Below the pieces are notes generated by a model. It worked only from the letters and a program-made list of their open reading frames with translations, ran no database searches and had not been told where the DNA came from. Positions 29,701 through 41,206 of a stretch of 64,000 nucleotides of DNA are shown here, one piece after another. Source of the stretch: Eledone cirrhosa (lineage: Eukaryota); assembly GCA_964016885.1 (NCBI GenBank), contig OZ024762.1, forward strand, positions 27,714,001 to 27,778,000. The letters are read 5' to 3'. The position numbers and the translations under genes are program-made. How positions within the stretch are numbered: the stretch's first letter is position 1; every line of letters begins with the position of its first letter.

Positions 29701-31132
29701 CATGGACAGTTATATGACCTCCCTTTCAGCCGAGAGACATACCAATACATATTCAAACATTGATACATATTCAAACATTGTGGGTCAACATTCATTACAG
29801 AATTTAGAGTGGCAGTACACACTTCGAGATTACATTTATATTAATAGGTACAATCAAAAATCAAAGATATAGGTTAAAGTACAACATGAAGATAAGTGGT
29901 TATATAGTGCAAATGTTATATGTGTGGCACGCATGTGCGTCTTGTTTATATAGTGTGGCAGAGAGATAGGTGTGGTAGAGGCACTTAGGTAGGTAAATAA
30001 GAGTGTTAGGTTGGTAGATCTGGTGGCAAAGTCTTTATATGATTGATATAGTCTGTGTGTGGAGAAATATTATAAGCATTAAAGATAGTGCAAGCATTAA
30101 AAGTGTTATAAGTATTGGAGATGCACAGCGCAGGGATGTCAAGTAATTCATGTACTTCGGTATTTTCATGGTCAAGGGAGTGTATATTTCGATTATATGC
30201 CTTTCACATAATCCACGACAATCCAGTTAGAGATCGTAGTCTGGTGTTCCTTAGTTCGATACAGGAGGTTGTTACGTTTCGAGAGACGCCATTGAATACC
30301 GGAAGTGTGTGTGTGGCTAAGGGGAGTTAATGCATGCGGGGAGGTAACTCTGGGGTTTCTATATCTAGCCATTAAAATGTGTCCCAATATAGACCCTAAA
30401 TTCTATGGTGAGGTGCACCTTCCAAGAGAGACTTTTAAAGCATGAAGTGTACTAACTATAGGGTAGTTTAACTAAATTATGCTGAAGGTGATCATATTAT
30501 TATTAAGGTGGATTAACCCATCTTAAGGTGCTACAAATGGAAATTATAGATGATGAGCGAGGATTCTAAATTAATGATCTCTGTGGTTGTAGTCTGCTCA
30601 TATGACCAGGCGCGGTGATTGCAGGATTGCTTCAGGACCCAATGATCTCTGGTAAGATCTGGGTCATCGCTTGCTACATTGGATGTCGAAAGATAATCAT
30701 CCCCAGGCAGGCCAAAGGTCAATCCGCAGTCCTCGCGACCCCTCTCTGACCGTCAGATCATCCATATACGTACAACCCGCACGGCAGTTGCATTGCATTC
30801 ACTCACTGCGCTCAGCAGCCTGGTCCTACTGGTCAACAGCGCTACTCGATTAAATCATTTTACATCTGTCTAAGGAAGGTGTTTCCTCTGCCCAACACCA
30901 TCCAACCGATCAATTCATGCTCAAATTACCCTTAGAGCGGTGTAGTGCCGTCCAGGTGGGTAGATGTTGTCACACCTGCCGTAGAGGTATAAATGGGTAT
31001 TTTCCCTGCGAAGGGTTCCAGAGGGATGTCGTTGTTTGTGTTATAATGGATCAGCTAGTGTTGGGTATGTAGTATAGGGTGTGTCCCTGGTGTTTGATGC
31101 TAGATGTGGTGTTAGGTTCCAGTCCGACATTG

Positions 31133-33592
31133 CTATATATAGGGCTTAAAGTTTTGGAAGGAATGTCTGAGGCGGTGCTGGCAAGTTGCAAACACCTCAG
31201 ATTTTTTGTTAAGTAGGTTACGGTTGGAGAAGATAATATTGTGTGTCTCTAGTATACAGAGGTTACAGAATTTATTAGGTGGTTTGTACGAGGTCGCGCT
31301 GCCTATCACTTCCCATTTGAGTGTGTATGGTTTATTTTTAGATGTTAGATAGTGTATGTAGCTAGAAAGTGAGGTGGAGTTGGCTAGGCTGTGCTTTTTG
31401 AACGAGTGGATGTGCGAGTTATATCTAATTTTGAAGCAGTTAGAAGTGGAGCCTACGTAGGTTTCTGAAGAGTTATTAGTCGTGACTGTGCATGAGTATA
31501 TGACATCCTTGGTTAGGCATTTTTTATCTAAAGGGCAGGTTCTATTAGCTCTACAGTTACAATTATTCTGTGCGTTAGTCCGCTGGTTATAATGCAATGC
31601 GGAAGTCTGTGTGGTGGATATAGGATTTTGGGTGTTCAGGTTGACAACCCTGGTGTTATTACTTATACTAGTGTTATTTCTATTGTTACTGCCGTTGCTA
31701 TTGTTGCTTGCTACAGTGGTATTTAGAGGGTTTGCATCCCGTTGCGATTTTGTTTGTTGGAAGTAAGAACTAATTTTACTATTATTGCTGCTAGCTATGT
31801 GGTATGCTAAGTTAGGCGTCGTGGAGTATGAGATTTTAATGGTGTTTTTGTTTAAGAGGTTGTGGTACTTGTGTCCTAGAGGGAAGTTTTTATCTAGTAG
31901 TGAGAAGAAAGCCCTGGGTATGTTGGTGGAGACATTTAGGTTGAAAGGAGGGTTGAAAAATGTATTATTTCTTCTTCTATTTTTGCTTTTAGTGTTTGGT
32001 GTGTTGCTTCCTCCTAAGGCCTCACAGTAGTTTCCATGGTAATGGTTACTTCCGGTGGCACCCTCCGCTTTGGTGTACTTGTGGTTGCTATTCCTATTAT
32101 TAGATTTCCTCATGGACATGTTGTGCGAGATGATGTTGTAGCTATGTGTTTTCTTAGGTAGGAACTCAATTTCTATATTATGGCCGGAGCTAGCTAATGC
32201 TTGATTGTAATATTGTGAGTTTTTGCTAAATATGTTTGCGTCATAGGACAGACTAGAGATTCTATTGGACACCCCCTTAGAGATAGAGTTTAATATTGAT
32301 CTAGGGTGATTAGACTTGGTATCTACGTAAATAAGTTTCTCATTAGGCTTATGGAAGGGTGTATATATTTTTGAGTCTAGGTATAGTGTGGCGTCTAGGA
32401 AGTTAACATTTTTAGTGTTTTTGTCCATGGTGATACTAAGGTTAAAGTTTTTGAATGTCTTATGCAGTTGTTTTCTAGTTCTTTCTATATTAAATTTTTT
32501 ATATTCTATGAGTAGAAGTGCATCATCGCGGTACAAACCACCGTTGAGGTAAGGGAGGTCTTTATGGATTTCATTGAGGAGGTATAGGCCGACCAAATCA
32601 GTGACCTGCGCCGAGTCACTAGATCCCATGGTTATGTCGAAGTTGTTGTGCGTATCCTTGCGTGTCCATAGTTGGTCCTCGAAGGTGATTATGGTTTTAC
32701 GGGCCGCAAGGATGACATCAACCTGGGCTCTAGTCAGGTCGCTATTGGTCATGGCCATGATAAGTGCCTTATTTAATAGGATAGGGGAAATAGAGGTGTA
32801 GTATGAATTGATATCAAATTGAATAAATTTTTTGTTCTTATTATTCTTGATATCCTTAAACCATTCAATTACTTCACCCGTATTTCCCCATTGTTTAAGG
32901 TGTATCTTGTGTTTAATTTGTGGGATGATTTTATCCAAAATCTTCTTGCTGATAATACCAATGTCGGACTTGGAAGGGCAGATAAGTCTTATCGTGGGGT
33001 TGCTGATGAAGTTCTCCTTATGGTCCTTCAGAGAGAATCTAGGGGGGTTCGGAGTGAAAGGTTGTGTATGCCTCTGTAGTCCTAGTTTAGACACTATATT
33101 ATAACCCTCTACATTAATATCTTCTAAGTTTTTCAAGGTGGTTTTTTTGTAGCTTTTATGTAGTTCATTATATATAAACTTTCTATAAGTAATATAATCT
33201 AGGCTGTATATGTTATTAGTTTTATCTGCGTGTACAATAATTTTATTACTAGTTTTGAATCCACTAATAGAAGTGTTAAGTTTGTTTAAGAAGGTGTTGC
33301 TTCTAATATGGTGCTTATTGTATTTAATGTTCTTAACTAGTTTAACTAGGTCATTTTCAAAGGAGTTAAGTAGAGTGTTATGAGGGGGGCTTTTAAAGGT
33401 TTTAAAGCCGAAGGAGTCAAAATTGTTAGTATTATTCAAGTTGTTAGATTTGTTTCTATCATAATGGAATGTCCTCCATCTCACTCTATTGATAAATGAA
33501 TTTACACTGTTGATCAGCAATTTCTCATATGTATTCCTGGATGGTATTGGTATGTTCTTGGTTGACATGGGGAGTTGGTCTTTGATTAGCAT
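31133..33592 (-). CDS. PLE reverse transcriptase-GIY-YIG endonuclease, intact 819 aa (possibly Hydra-group PLE)
   Basis: ADKT, FIQFDINSYY, MGSSDSAQVTDLVG, GLYRDDAL, VNFLDA, FFNPPFN, CNCRANRTCPLDKKC, VIY..YVGST..FKIRYNSH, CNLC..E. Confidence 0.95.
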   Translation of the reverse strand: MLIKDQLPMSTKNIPIPSRNTYEKLLINSVNSFINRVRWRTFHYDRNKSNNLNNTNNFDSFGFKTFKSPPHNTLLNSFENDLVKLVKNIKYNKHHIRSNTFLNKLNTSISGFKTSNKIIVHADKTNNIYSLDYITYRKFIYNELHKSYKKTTLKNLEDINVEGYNIVSKLGLQRHTQPFTPNPPRFSLKDHKENFISNPTIRLICPSKSDIGIISKKILDKIIPQIKHKIHLKQWGNTGEVIEWFKDIKNNKNKKFIQFDINSYYTSISPILLNKALIMAMTNSDLTRAQVDVILAARKTIITFEDQLWTRKDTHNNFDITMGSSDSAQVTDLVGLYLLNEIHKDLPYLNGGLYRDDALLLIEYKKFNIERTRKQLHKTFKNFNLSITMDKNTKNVNFLDATLYLDSKIYTPFHKPNEKLIYVDTKSNHPRSILNSISKGVSNRISSLSYDANIFSKNSQYYNQALASSGHNIEIEFLPKKTHSYNIISHNMSMRKSNNRNSNHKYTKAEGATGSNHYHGNYCEALGGSNTPNTKSKNRRRNNTFFNPPFNLNVSTNIPRAFFSLLDKNFPLGHKYHNLLNKNTIKISYSTTPNLAYHIASSNNSKISSYFQQTKSQRDANPLNTTVASNNSNGSNNRNNTSISNNTRVVNLNTQNPISTTQTSALHYNQRTNAQNNCNCRANRTCPLDKKCLTKDVIYSCTVTTNNSSETYVGSTSNCFKIRYNSHIHSFKKHSLANSTSLSSYIHYLTSKNKPYTLKWEVIGSATSYKPPNKFCNLCILETHNIIFSNRNLLNKKSEVFATCQHRLRHSFQNFKPYI

Positions 33593-33833
33593 ATTGGCAA
33601 TATTATATGTCAGCTCAACGATATGGAGCAGTTAATAGTATTAGTTATACTATTTATGGTTATGTAAACACAAAACCTTAAGCAGTTGTAAGTATTTTAC
33701 ACACACCCTAAATAGTGGTAGGCAGTAATGTATTACTACCTTATTACCAGTAAGTTAAGTAGCTCAATGTAAAAACATCAGATGATTTACAGAGCAGTTA
33801 TATGAAATATAAGAATCAAAGAACTGTTCAAAA

Positions 33834-33899
33834 CATTATTGTGCTTACAGCTGTTTCCTCCAAACCGAGGTTTGGATTCTTCGGAGCAATTTATTAATG
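33834..33899 (-). ncRNA. Hammerhead (CCGAAGA core), PLE C
   Basis: Reverse complement of 36701-36766. Confidence 0.7.
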
Positions 33900-36700
33900 C
33901 ATGGACAGTTATATGACCTCCCTTTCAGCCGAGAGACATACCAATACATATTCAAACATTGATACATATTCAAACATTGTGGGTCAACATTCATTACAGA
34001 ATTTAGAGTGGCAGTACACACTTCGAGATTACATTTATATTAATAGGTACAATCAAAAATCAAAGATATAGGTTAAAGTACAACATGAAGATAAGTGGTT
34101 ATATAGTGCAAATGTTATATGTGTGGCACGCATGTGCGTCTTGTTTATATAGTGTGGCAGAGAGATAGGTGTGGTAGAGGCACTTAGGTAGGTAAATAAG
34201 AGTGTTAGGTTGGTAGATCTGGTGGCAAAGTCTTTATATGATTGATATAGTCTGTGTGTGGAGAAATATTATAAGCATTAAAGATAGTGCAAGCATTAAA
34301 AGTGTTATAAGTATTGGAGATGCACAGCGCAGGGATGTCAAGTAATTCATGTACTTCGGTATTTTCATGGTCAAGGGAGTGTATATTTCGATTATATGCC
34401 TTTCACATAATCCACGACAATCCAGTTAGAGATCGTAGTCTGGTGTTCCTTAGTTCGATACAGGAGGTTGTTACGTTTCGAGAGACGCCATTGAATATCG
34501 GAAGTGTGTGTGTGGCTAAGGGGAGTTAATGCATGCGGGGAGGTAACTCTGGGGTTTCTATATCTAGCCATTAAAATGTGTCCCAATATAGACCCTAAAT
34601 TCTATGGTGAGGTGCACCTTCCAAGAGAGACTTTTAAAGCATAAAGTGTACTAACTATAGGGTAGTTTAACTAAATTATGCTGAAGGTGATCATATTATT
34701 ATTAAGGTGGATTAACCCATCTTAAGGTGCTACAAATGGAAATTATAGATGATGAGCGAGGATTCTAAATTAATGATCTCTGTGGTTGTAGTCTGCTCAT
34801 ATGACCAGGCGCGGTGATTGCAGGATTGCTTCAGGACCCAATGATCTCTGGTAAGATCTGGGTCATCGCTTGCTACATTGGATGTCGAAAGATAATCATC
34901 CCCAGGCAGGCCAAAGGTCAATCCGCAGTCCTCGCGACCCCTCTCTGACCGTCAGATCATCCATATACGTACAACCCGAACGGCAGTTGCATTGCATTCA
35001 CTCACTGCGCTCAGCAGCCTGGTCCTACTGGTCAACAGCGCTACTCGATTAAATCATTTTACATCTGTCTAAGGAAGGTGTTTCCTCTGCCCAACACCAT
35101 CCAACCGATCAATTCATGCTCAAATTACCCTTAGAGCGGTGTAGTGCCGTCCAGGTGGGTGGATGTTGTCACACCTGCCGTAGAGGTATAAATGGGTATT
35201 TTCCCTGCGAAGGGTTCCAGAGGGATGTCGTTGTTTGTGTTATAATGGATCAGCTAGTGTTGGGTATGTAGTATAGGGTGTGTCCCTGGTGTTTGATGCT
35301 AGATGTGGTGTTAGGGACACACCCTATACTACATACCCAACACTAGCTGATCCATTATAACACAAACAACGACATCCCTCTGGAACCCTTCGCAGGGAAA
35401 ATACCCATTTATACCTCTACGGCAGGTGTGACAACATCCACCCACCTGGACGGCACTACACCGCTCTAAGGGTAATTTGAGCATGAATTGATCGGTTGGA
35501 TGGTGTTGGGCAGAGGAAACACCTTCCTTAGACAGATGTAAAATGATTTAATCGAGTAGCGCTGTTGACCAGTAGGACCAGGCTGCTGAGCGCAGTGAGT
35601 GAATGCAATGCAACTGCCGTGCGGGTTGTACGTATATGGATGATCTGACGGTCAGAGAGGGGTCGCGAGGACTGCGGATTGACCTTTGGCCTGCCTGGGG
35701 ATGATTATCTTTCGACATCCAATGTAGCAAGCGATGACCCAGATCTTACCAGAGATCATTGGGTCCTGAAGCAATCCTGCAATCACCGCGCCTGGTCATA
35801 TGAGCAGACTACAACCACAGAGATCATTAATTTAGAATCCTCGCTCATCATCTATAATTTCCATTTGTAGCACCTTAAGATGGGTTAATCCACCTTAATA
35901 ATAATATGATCACCTTCAGCATAATTTAGTTAAACTACCCTATAGTTAGTACACTTTATGCTTTAAAAGTCTCTCTTGGAAGGTGCACCTCACCATAGAA
36001 TTTAGGGTCTATATTGGGACACATTTTAATGGCTAGATATAGAAACCCCAGAGTTACCTCCCCGCATGCATTAACTCCCCTTAGCCACACACACACTTCC
36101 GGTATTCAATGGCGTCTCTCGAAACGTAACAACCTCCTGTATCGAACTAAGGAACACCAGACTACGATCTCTAACTGGATTGTCGTGGATTATGTGAAAG
36201 GCATATAATCGAAATATACACTCCCTTGACCATGAAAATACCGAAGTACATGAATTACTTGACATCCCTGCGCTGTGCATCTCCAATACTTATAACACTT
36301 TTAATGCTTGCACTATCTTTAATGCTTATAATATTTCTCCACACACAGACTATATCAATCATATAAAGACTTTGCCACCAGATCTACCAACCTAACACTC
36401 TTATTTACCTACCTAAGTGCCTCTACCACACCTATCTCTCTGCCACACTATATAAACAAGACGCACATGCGTGCCACACATATAACATTTGCACTATATA
36501 ACCACTTATCTTCATGTTGTACTTTAACCTATATCTTTGATTTTTGATTGTACCTATTAATATAAATGTAATCTCGAAGTGTGTACTGCCACTCTAAATT
36601 CTGTAATGAATGTTGACCCACAATGTTTGAATATGTATCAATGTTTGAATATGTATTGGTATGTCTCTCGGCTGAAAGGGAGGTCATATAACTGTCCATG

Positions 36701-36766
36701 CATTAATAAATTGCTCCGAAGAATCCAAACCTCGGTTTGGAGGAAACAGCTGTAAGCACAATAATG
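36701..36766 (+). ncRNA. Type I hammerhead with CCGAAGA core, about 250 nt upstream of the ORF start, PLE C
   Basis: catta..attgct-CCGAAGA-a-tccaaac-ctcg-gtttgga-g-GAAA-cagctg-TA-agca-caat-aatg; palindromic stem III ACAGCTGT. Confidence 0.7.
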
Positions 36767-37007
36767 TTTTGAACAGTTCTTTGATTCTTATATTTCATAT
36801 AACTGCTCTGTAAATCATCTGATGTTTTTACATTGAGCTACTTAACTTACTGGTAATAAGGTAGTAATACATTACTGCCTACCACTATTTAGGGTGTGTG
36901 TAAAATACTTACAACTGCTTAAGGTTTTGTGTTTACATAACCATAAATAGTATAACTAATACTATTAACTGCTCCATATCGTTGAGCTGACATATAATAT
37001 TGCCAAT

Positions 37008-39467
37008 ATGCTAATCAAAGACCAACTCCCCATGTCAACCAAGAACATACCAATACCATCCAGGAATACATATGAGAAATTGCTGATCAACAGTGTAAAT
37101 TCATTTATCAATAGAGTGAGATGGAGGACATTCCATTATGATAGAAACAAATCTAACAACTTGAATAATACTAACAATTTTGACTCCTTCGGCTTTAAAA
37201 CCTTTAAAAGCCCCCCTCATAACACTCTACTTAACTCCTTTGAAAATGACCTAGTTAAACTAGTTAAGAACATTAAATACAATAAGCACCATATTAGAAG
37301 CAACACCTTCTTAAACAAACTTAACACTTCTATTAGTGGATTCAAAACTAGTAATAAAATTATTGTACACGCAGATAAAACTAATAACATATACAGCCTA
37401 GATTATATTACTTATAGAAAGTTTATATATAATGAACTACATAAAAGCTACAAAAAAACCACCTTGAAAAACTTAGAAGATATTAATGTAGAGGGTTATA
37501 ATATAGTGTCTAAACTAGGACTACAGAGGCATACACAACCTTTCACTCCGAACCCCCCTAGATTCTCTCTGAAGGACCATAAGGAGAACTTCATCAGCAA
37601 CCCCACGATAAGACTTATCTGCCCTTCCAAGTCCGACATTGGTATTATCAGCAAGAAGATTTTGGATAAAATCATCCCACAAATTAAACACAAGATACAC
37701 CTTAAACAATGGGGAAATACGGGTGAAGTAATTGAATGGTTTAAGGATATCAAGAATAATAAGAACAAAAAATTTATTCAATTTGATATCAATTCATACT
37801 ACACCTCTATTTCCCCTATCCTATTAAATAAGGCACTTATCATGGCCATGACCAATAGCGACCTGACTAGAGCCCAGGTTGATGTCATCCTTGCGGCCCG
37901 TAAAACCATAATCACCTTCGAGGACCAACTATGGACACGCAAGGATACGCACAACAACTTCGACATAACCATGGGATCTAGTGACTCGGCGCAGGTCACT
38001 GATTTGGTCGGCCTATACCTCCTCAATGAAATCCATAAAGACCTCCCTTACCTCAACGGTGGTTTGTACCGCGATGATGCACTTCTACTCATAGAATATA
38101 AAAAATTTAATATAGAAAGAACTAGAAAACAACTGCATAAGACATTCAAAAACTTTAACCTTAGTATCACCATGGACAAAAACACTAAAAATGTTAACTT
38201 CCTAGACGCCACACTATACCTAGACTCAAAAATATATACACCCTTCCATAAGCCTAATGAGAAACTTATTTACGTAGATACCAAGTCTAATCACCCTAGA
38301 TCAATATTAAACTCTATCTCTAAGGGGGTGTCCAATAGAATCTCTAGTCTGTCCTATGACGCAAACATATTTAGCAAAAACTCACAATATTACAATCAAG
38401 CATTAGCTAGCTCCGGCCATAATATAGAAATTGAGTTCCTACCTAAGAAAACACATAGCTACAACATCATCTCGCACAACATGTCCATGAGGAAATCTAA
38501 TAATAGGAATAGCAACCACAAGTACACCAAAGCGGAGGGTGCCACCGGAAGTAACCATTACCATGGAAACTACTGTGAGGCTTTAGGAGGAAGCAACACA
38601 CCAAACACTAAAAGCAAAAATAGAAGAAGAAATAATACATTTTTCAACCCTCCTTTCAACCTAAATGTCTCCACCAACATACCCAGGGCTTTCTTCTCAC
38701 TACTAGATAAAAACTTCCCTCTAGGACACAAGTACCACAACCTCTTAAACAAAAACACCATTAAAATCTCATACTCCACGACGCCTAACTTAGCATACCA
38801 CATAGCTAGCAGCAATAATAGTAAAATTAGTTCTTACTTCCAACAAACAAAATCGCAACGGGATGCAAACCCTCTAAATACCACTGTAGCAAGCAACAAT
38901 AGCAACGGCAGTAACAATAGAAATAACACTAGTATAAGTAATAACACCAGGGTTGTCAACCTGAACACCCAAAATCCTATATCCACCACACAGACTTCCG
39001 CATTGCATTATAACCAGCGGACTAACGCACAGAATAATTGTAACTGTAGAGCTAATAGAACCTGCCCTTTAGATAAAAAATGCCTAACCAAGGATGTCAT
39101 ATACTCATGCACAGTCACGACTAATAACTCTTCAGAAACCTACGTAGGCTCCACTTCTAACTGCTTCAAAATTAGATATAACTCGCACATCCACTCGTTC
39201 AAAAAGCACAGCCTAGCCAACTCCACCTCACTTTCTAGCTACATACACTATCTAACATCTAAAAATAAACCATACACACTCAAATGGGAAGTGATAGGCA
39301 GCGCGACCTCGTACAAACCACCTAATAAATTCTGTAACCTCTGTATACTAGAGACACACAATATTATCTTCTCCAACCGTAACCTACTTAACAAAAAATC
39401 TGAGGTGTTTGCAACTTGCCAGCACCGCCTCAGACATTCCTTCCAAAACTTTAAGCCCTATATATAG
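37008..39467 (+). CDS. PLE reverse transcriptase-GIY-YIG endonuclease, intact 819 aa
   Basis: Protein identical to 31133-33592. Confidence 0.95.
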   Translation: MLIKDQLPMSTKNIPIPSRNTYEKLLINSVNSFINRVRWRTFHYDRNKSNNLNNTNNFDSFGFKTFKSPPHNTLLNSFENDLVKLVKNIKYNKHHIRSNTFLNKLNTSISGFKTSNKIIVHADKTNNIYSLDYITYRKFIYNELHKSYKKTTLKNLEDINVEGYNIVSKLGLQRHTQPFTPNPPRFSLKDHKENFISNPTIRLICPSKSDIGIISKKILDKIIPQIKHKIHLKQWGNTGEVIEWFKDIKNNKNKKFIQFDINSYYTSISPILLNKALIMAMTNSDLTRAQVDVILAARKTIITFEDQLWTRKDTHNNFDITMGSSDSAQVTDLVGLYLLNEIHKDLPYLNGGLYRDDALLLIEYKKFNIERTRKQLHKTFKNFNLSITMDKNTKNVNFLDATLYLDSKIYTPFHKPNEKLIYVDTKSNHPRSILNSISKGVSNRISSLSYDANIFSKNSQYYNQALASSGHNIEIEFLPKKTHSYNIISHNMSMRKSNNRNSNHKYTKAEGATGSNHYHGNYCEALGGSNTPNTKSKNRRRNNTFFNPPFNLNVSTNIPRAFFSLLDKNFPLGHKYHNLLNKNTIKISYSTTPNLAYHIASSNNSKISSYFQQTKSQRDANPLNTTVASNNSNGSNNRNNTSISNNTRVVNLNTQNPISTTQTSALHYNQRTNAQNNCNCRANRTCPLDKKCLTKDVIYSCTVTTNNSSETYVGSTSNCFKIRYNSHIHSFKKHSLANSTSLSSYIHYLTSKNKPYTLKWEVIGSATSYKPPNKFCNLCILETHNIIFSNRNLLNKKSEVFATCQHRLRHSFQNFKPYI

Positions 39468-40899
39468 CAATGTCGGACTGGAACCTAACACCACATCTAG
39501 CATCAAACACCAGGGACACACCCTATACTACATACCCAACACTAGCTGATCCATTATAACACAAACAACGACATCCCTCTGGAACCCTTCGCAGGGAAAA
39601 TACCCATTTATACCTCTACGGCAGGTGTGACAACATCTACCCACCTGGACGGCACTACACCGCTCTAAGGGTAATTTGAGCATGAATTGATCGGTTGGAT
39701 GGTGTTGGGCAGAGGAAACACCTTCCTTAGACAGATGTAAAATGATTTAATCGAGTAGCGCTGTTGACCAGTAGGACCAGGCTGCTGAGCGCAGTGAGTG
39801 AATGCAATGCAACTGCCGTGCGGGTTGTACGTATATGGATGATCTGACGGTCAGAGAGGGGTCGCGAGGACTGCGGATTGACCTTTGGCCTGCCTGGGGA
39901 TGATTATCTTTCGACATCCAATGTAGCAAGCGATGACCCAGATCTTACCAGAGATCATTGGGTCCTGAAGCAATCCTGCAATCACCGCGCCTGGTCATAT
40001 GAGCAGACTACAACCACAGAGATCATTAATTTAGAATCCTCGCTCATCATCTATAATTTCCATTTGTAGCACCTTAAGATGGGTTAATCCACCTTAATAA
40101 TAATATGATCACCTTCAGCATAATTTAGTTAAACTACCCTATAGTTAGTACACTTTATGCTTTAAAAGTCTCTCTTGGAAGGTGCACCTCACCATAGAAT
40201 TTAGGGTCTATATTGGGACACATTTTAATGGCTAGATATAGAAACCCCAGAGTTACCTCCCCGCATGCATTAACTCCCCTTAGCCACACACACACTTCCG
40301 GTATTCAATGGCGTCTCTCGAAACGTAACAACCTCCTGTATCGAACTAAGGAACACCAGACTACGATCTCTAACTGGATTGTCGTGGATTATGTGAAAGG
40401 CATATAATCGAAATATACACTCCCTTGACCATGAAAATACCGAAGTACATGAATTACTTGACATCCCTGCGCTGTGCATCTCCAATACTTATAACACTTT
40501 TAATGCTTGCACTATCTTTAATGCTTATAATATTTCTCCACACACAGACTATATCAATCATATAAAGACTTTGCCACCAGATCTACCAACCTAACACTCT
40601 TATTTACCTACCTAAGTGCCTCTACCACACCTATCTCTCTGCCACACTATATAAACAAGACGCACATGCGTGCCACACATATAACATTTGCACTATATAA
40701 CCACTTATCTTCATGTTGTACTTTAACCTATATCTTTGATTTTTGATTGTACCTATTAATATAAATGTAATCTCGAAGTGTGTACTGCCACTCTAAATTC
40801 TGTAATGAATGTTGACCCACAATGTTTGAATATGTATCAATGTTTGAATATGTATTGGTATGTCTCTCGGCTGAAAGGGAGGTCATATAACTGTCCATG

Positions 40900-40965
40900 C
40901 ATTAATAAATTGCTCCGAAGAATCCAAACCTCGGTTTGGAGGAAACAGCTGTAAGCACAATAATG
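40900..40965 (+). ncRNA. Hammerhead (CCGAAGA core), PLE C
   Basis: Same motif as 36701-36766, +4199. Confidence 0.7.
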
Positions 40966-41206
40966 TTTTGAACAGTTCTTTGATTCTTATATTTCATATA
41001 ACTGCTCTGTAAATCATCTGATGTTTTTACATTGAGCTACTTAACTTACTGGTAATAAGGTAGTAATACATTACTGCCTACCACTATTTAGGGTGTGTGT
41101 AAAATACTTACAACTGCTTAAGGTTTTGTGTTTACATAACCATAAATAGTATAACTAATACTATTAACTGCTCCATATCGTTGAGCTGACATATAATATT
41201 GCCAAT

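Noticed and set aside
30115-30853. Small 60-71 aa ORFs repeated in each PLE C spacer, and antisense ORFs inside the RT
   Set aside because: No recognisable motifs, mostly non-ATG starts; recurrence only reflects the DNA duplication
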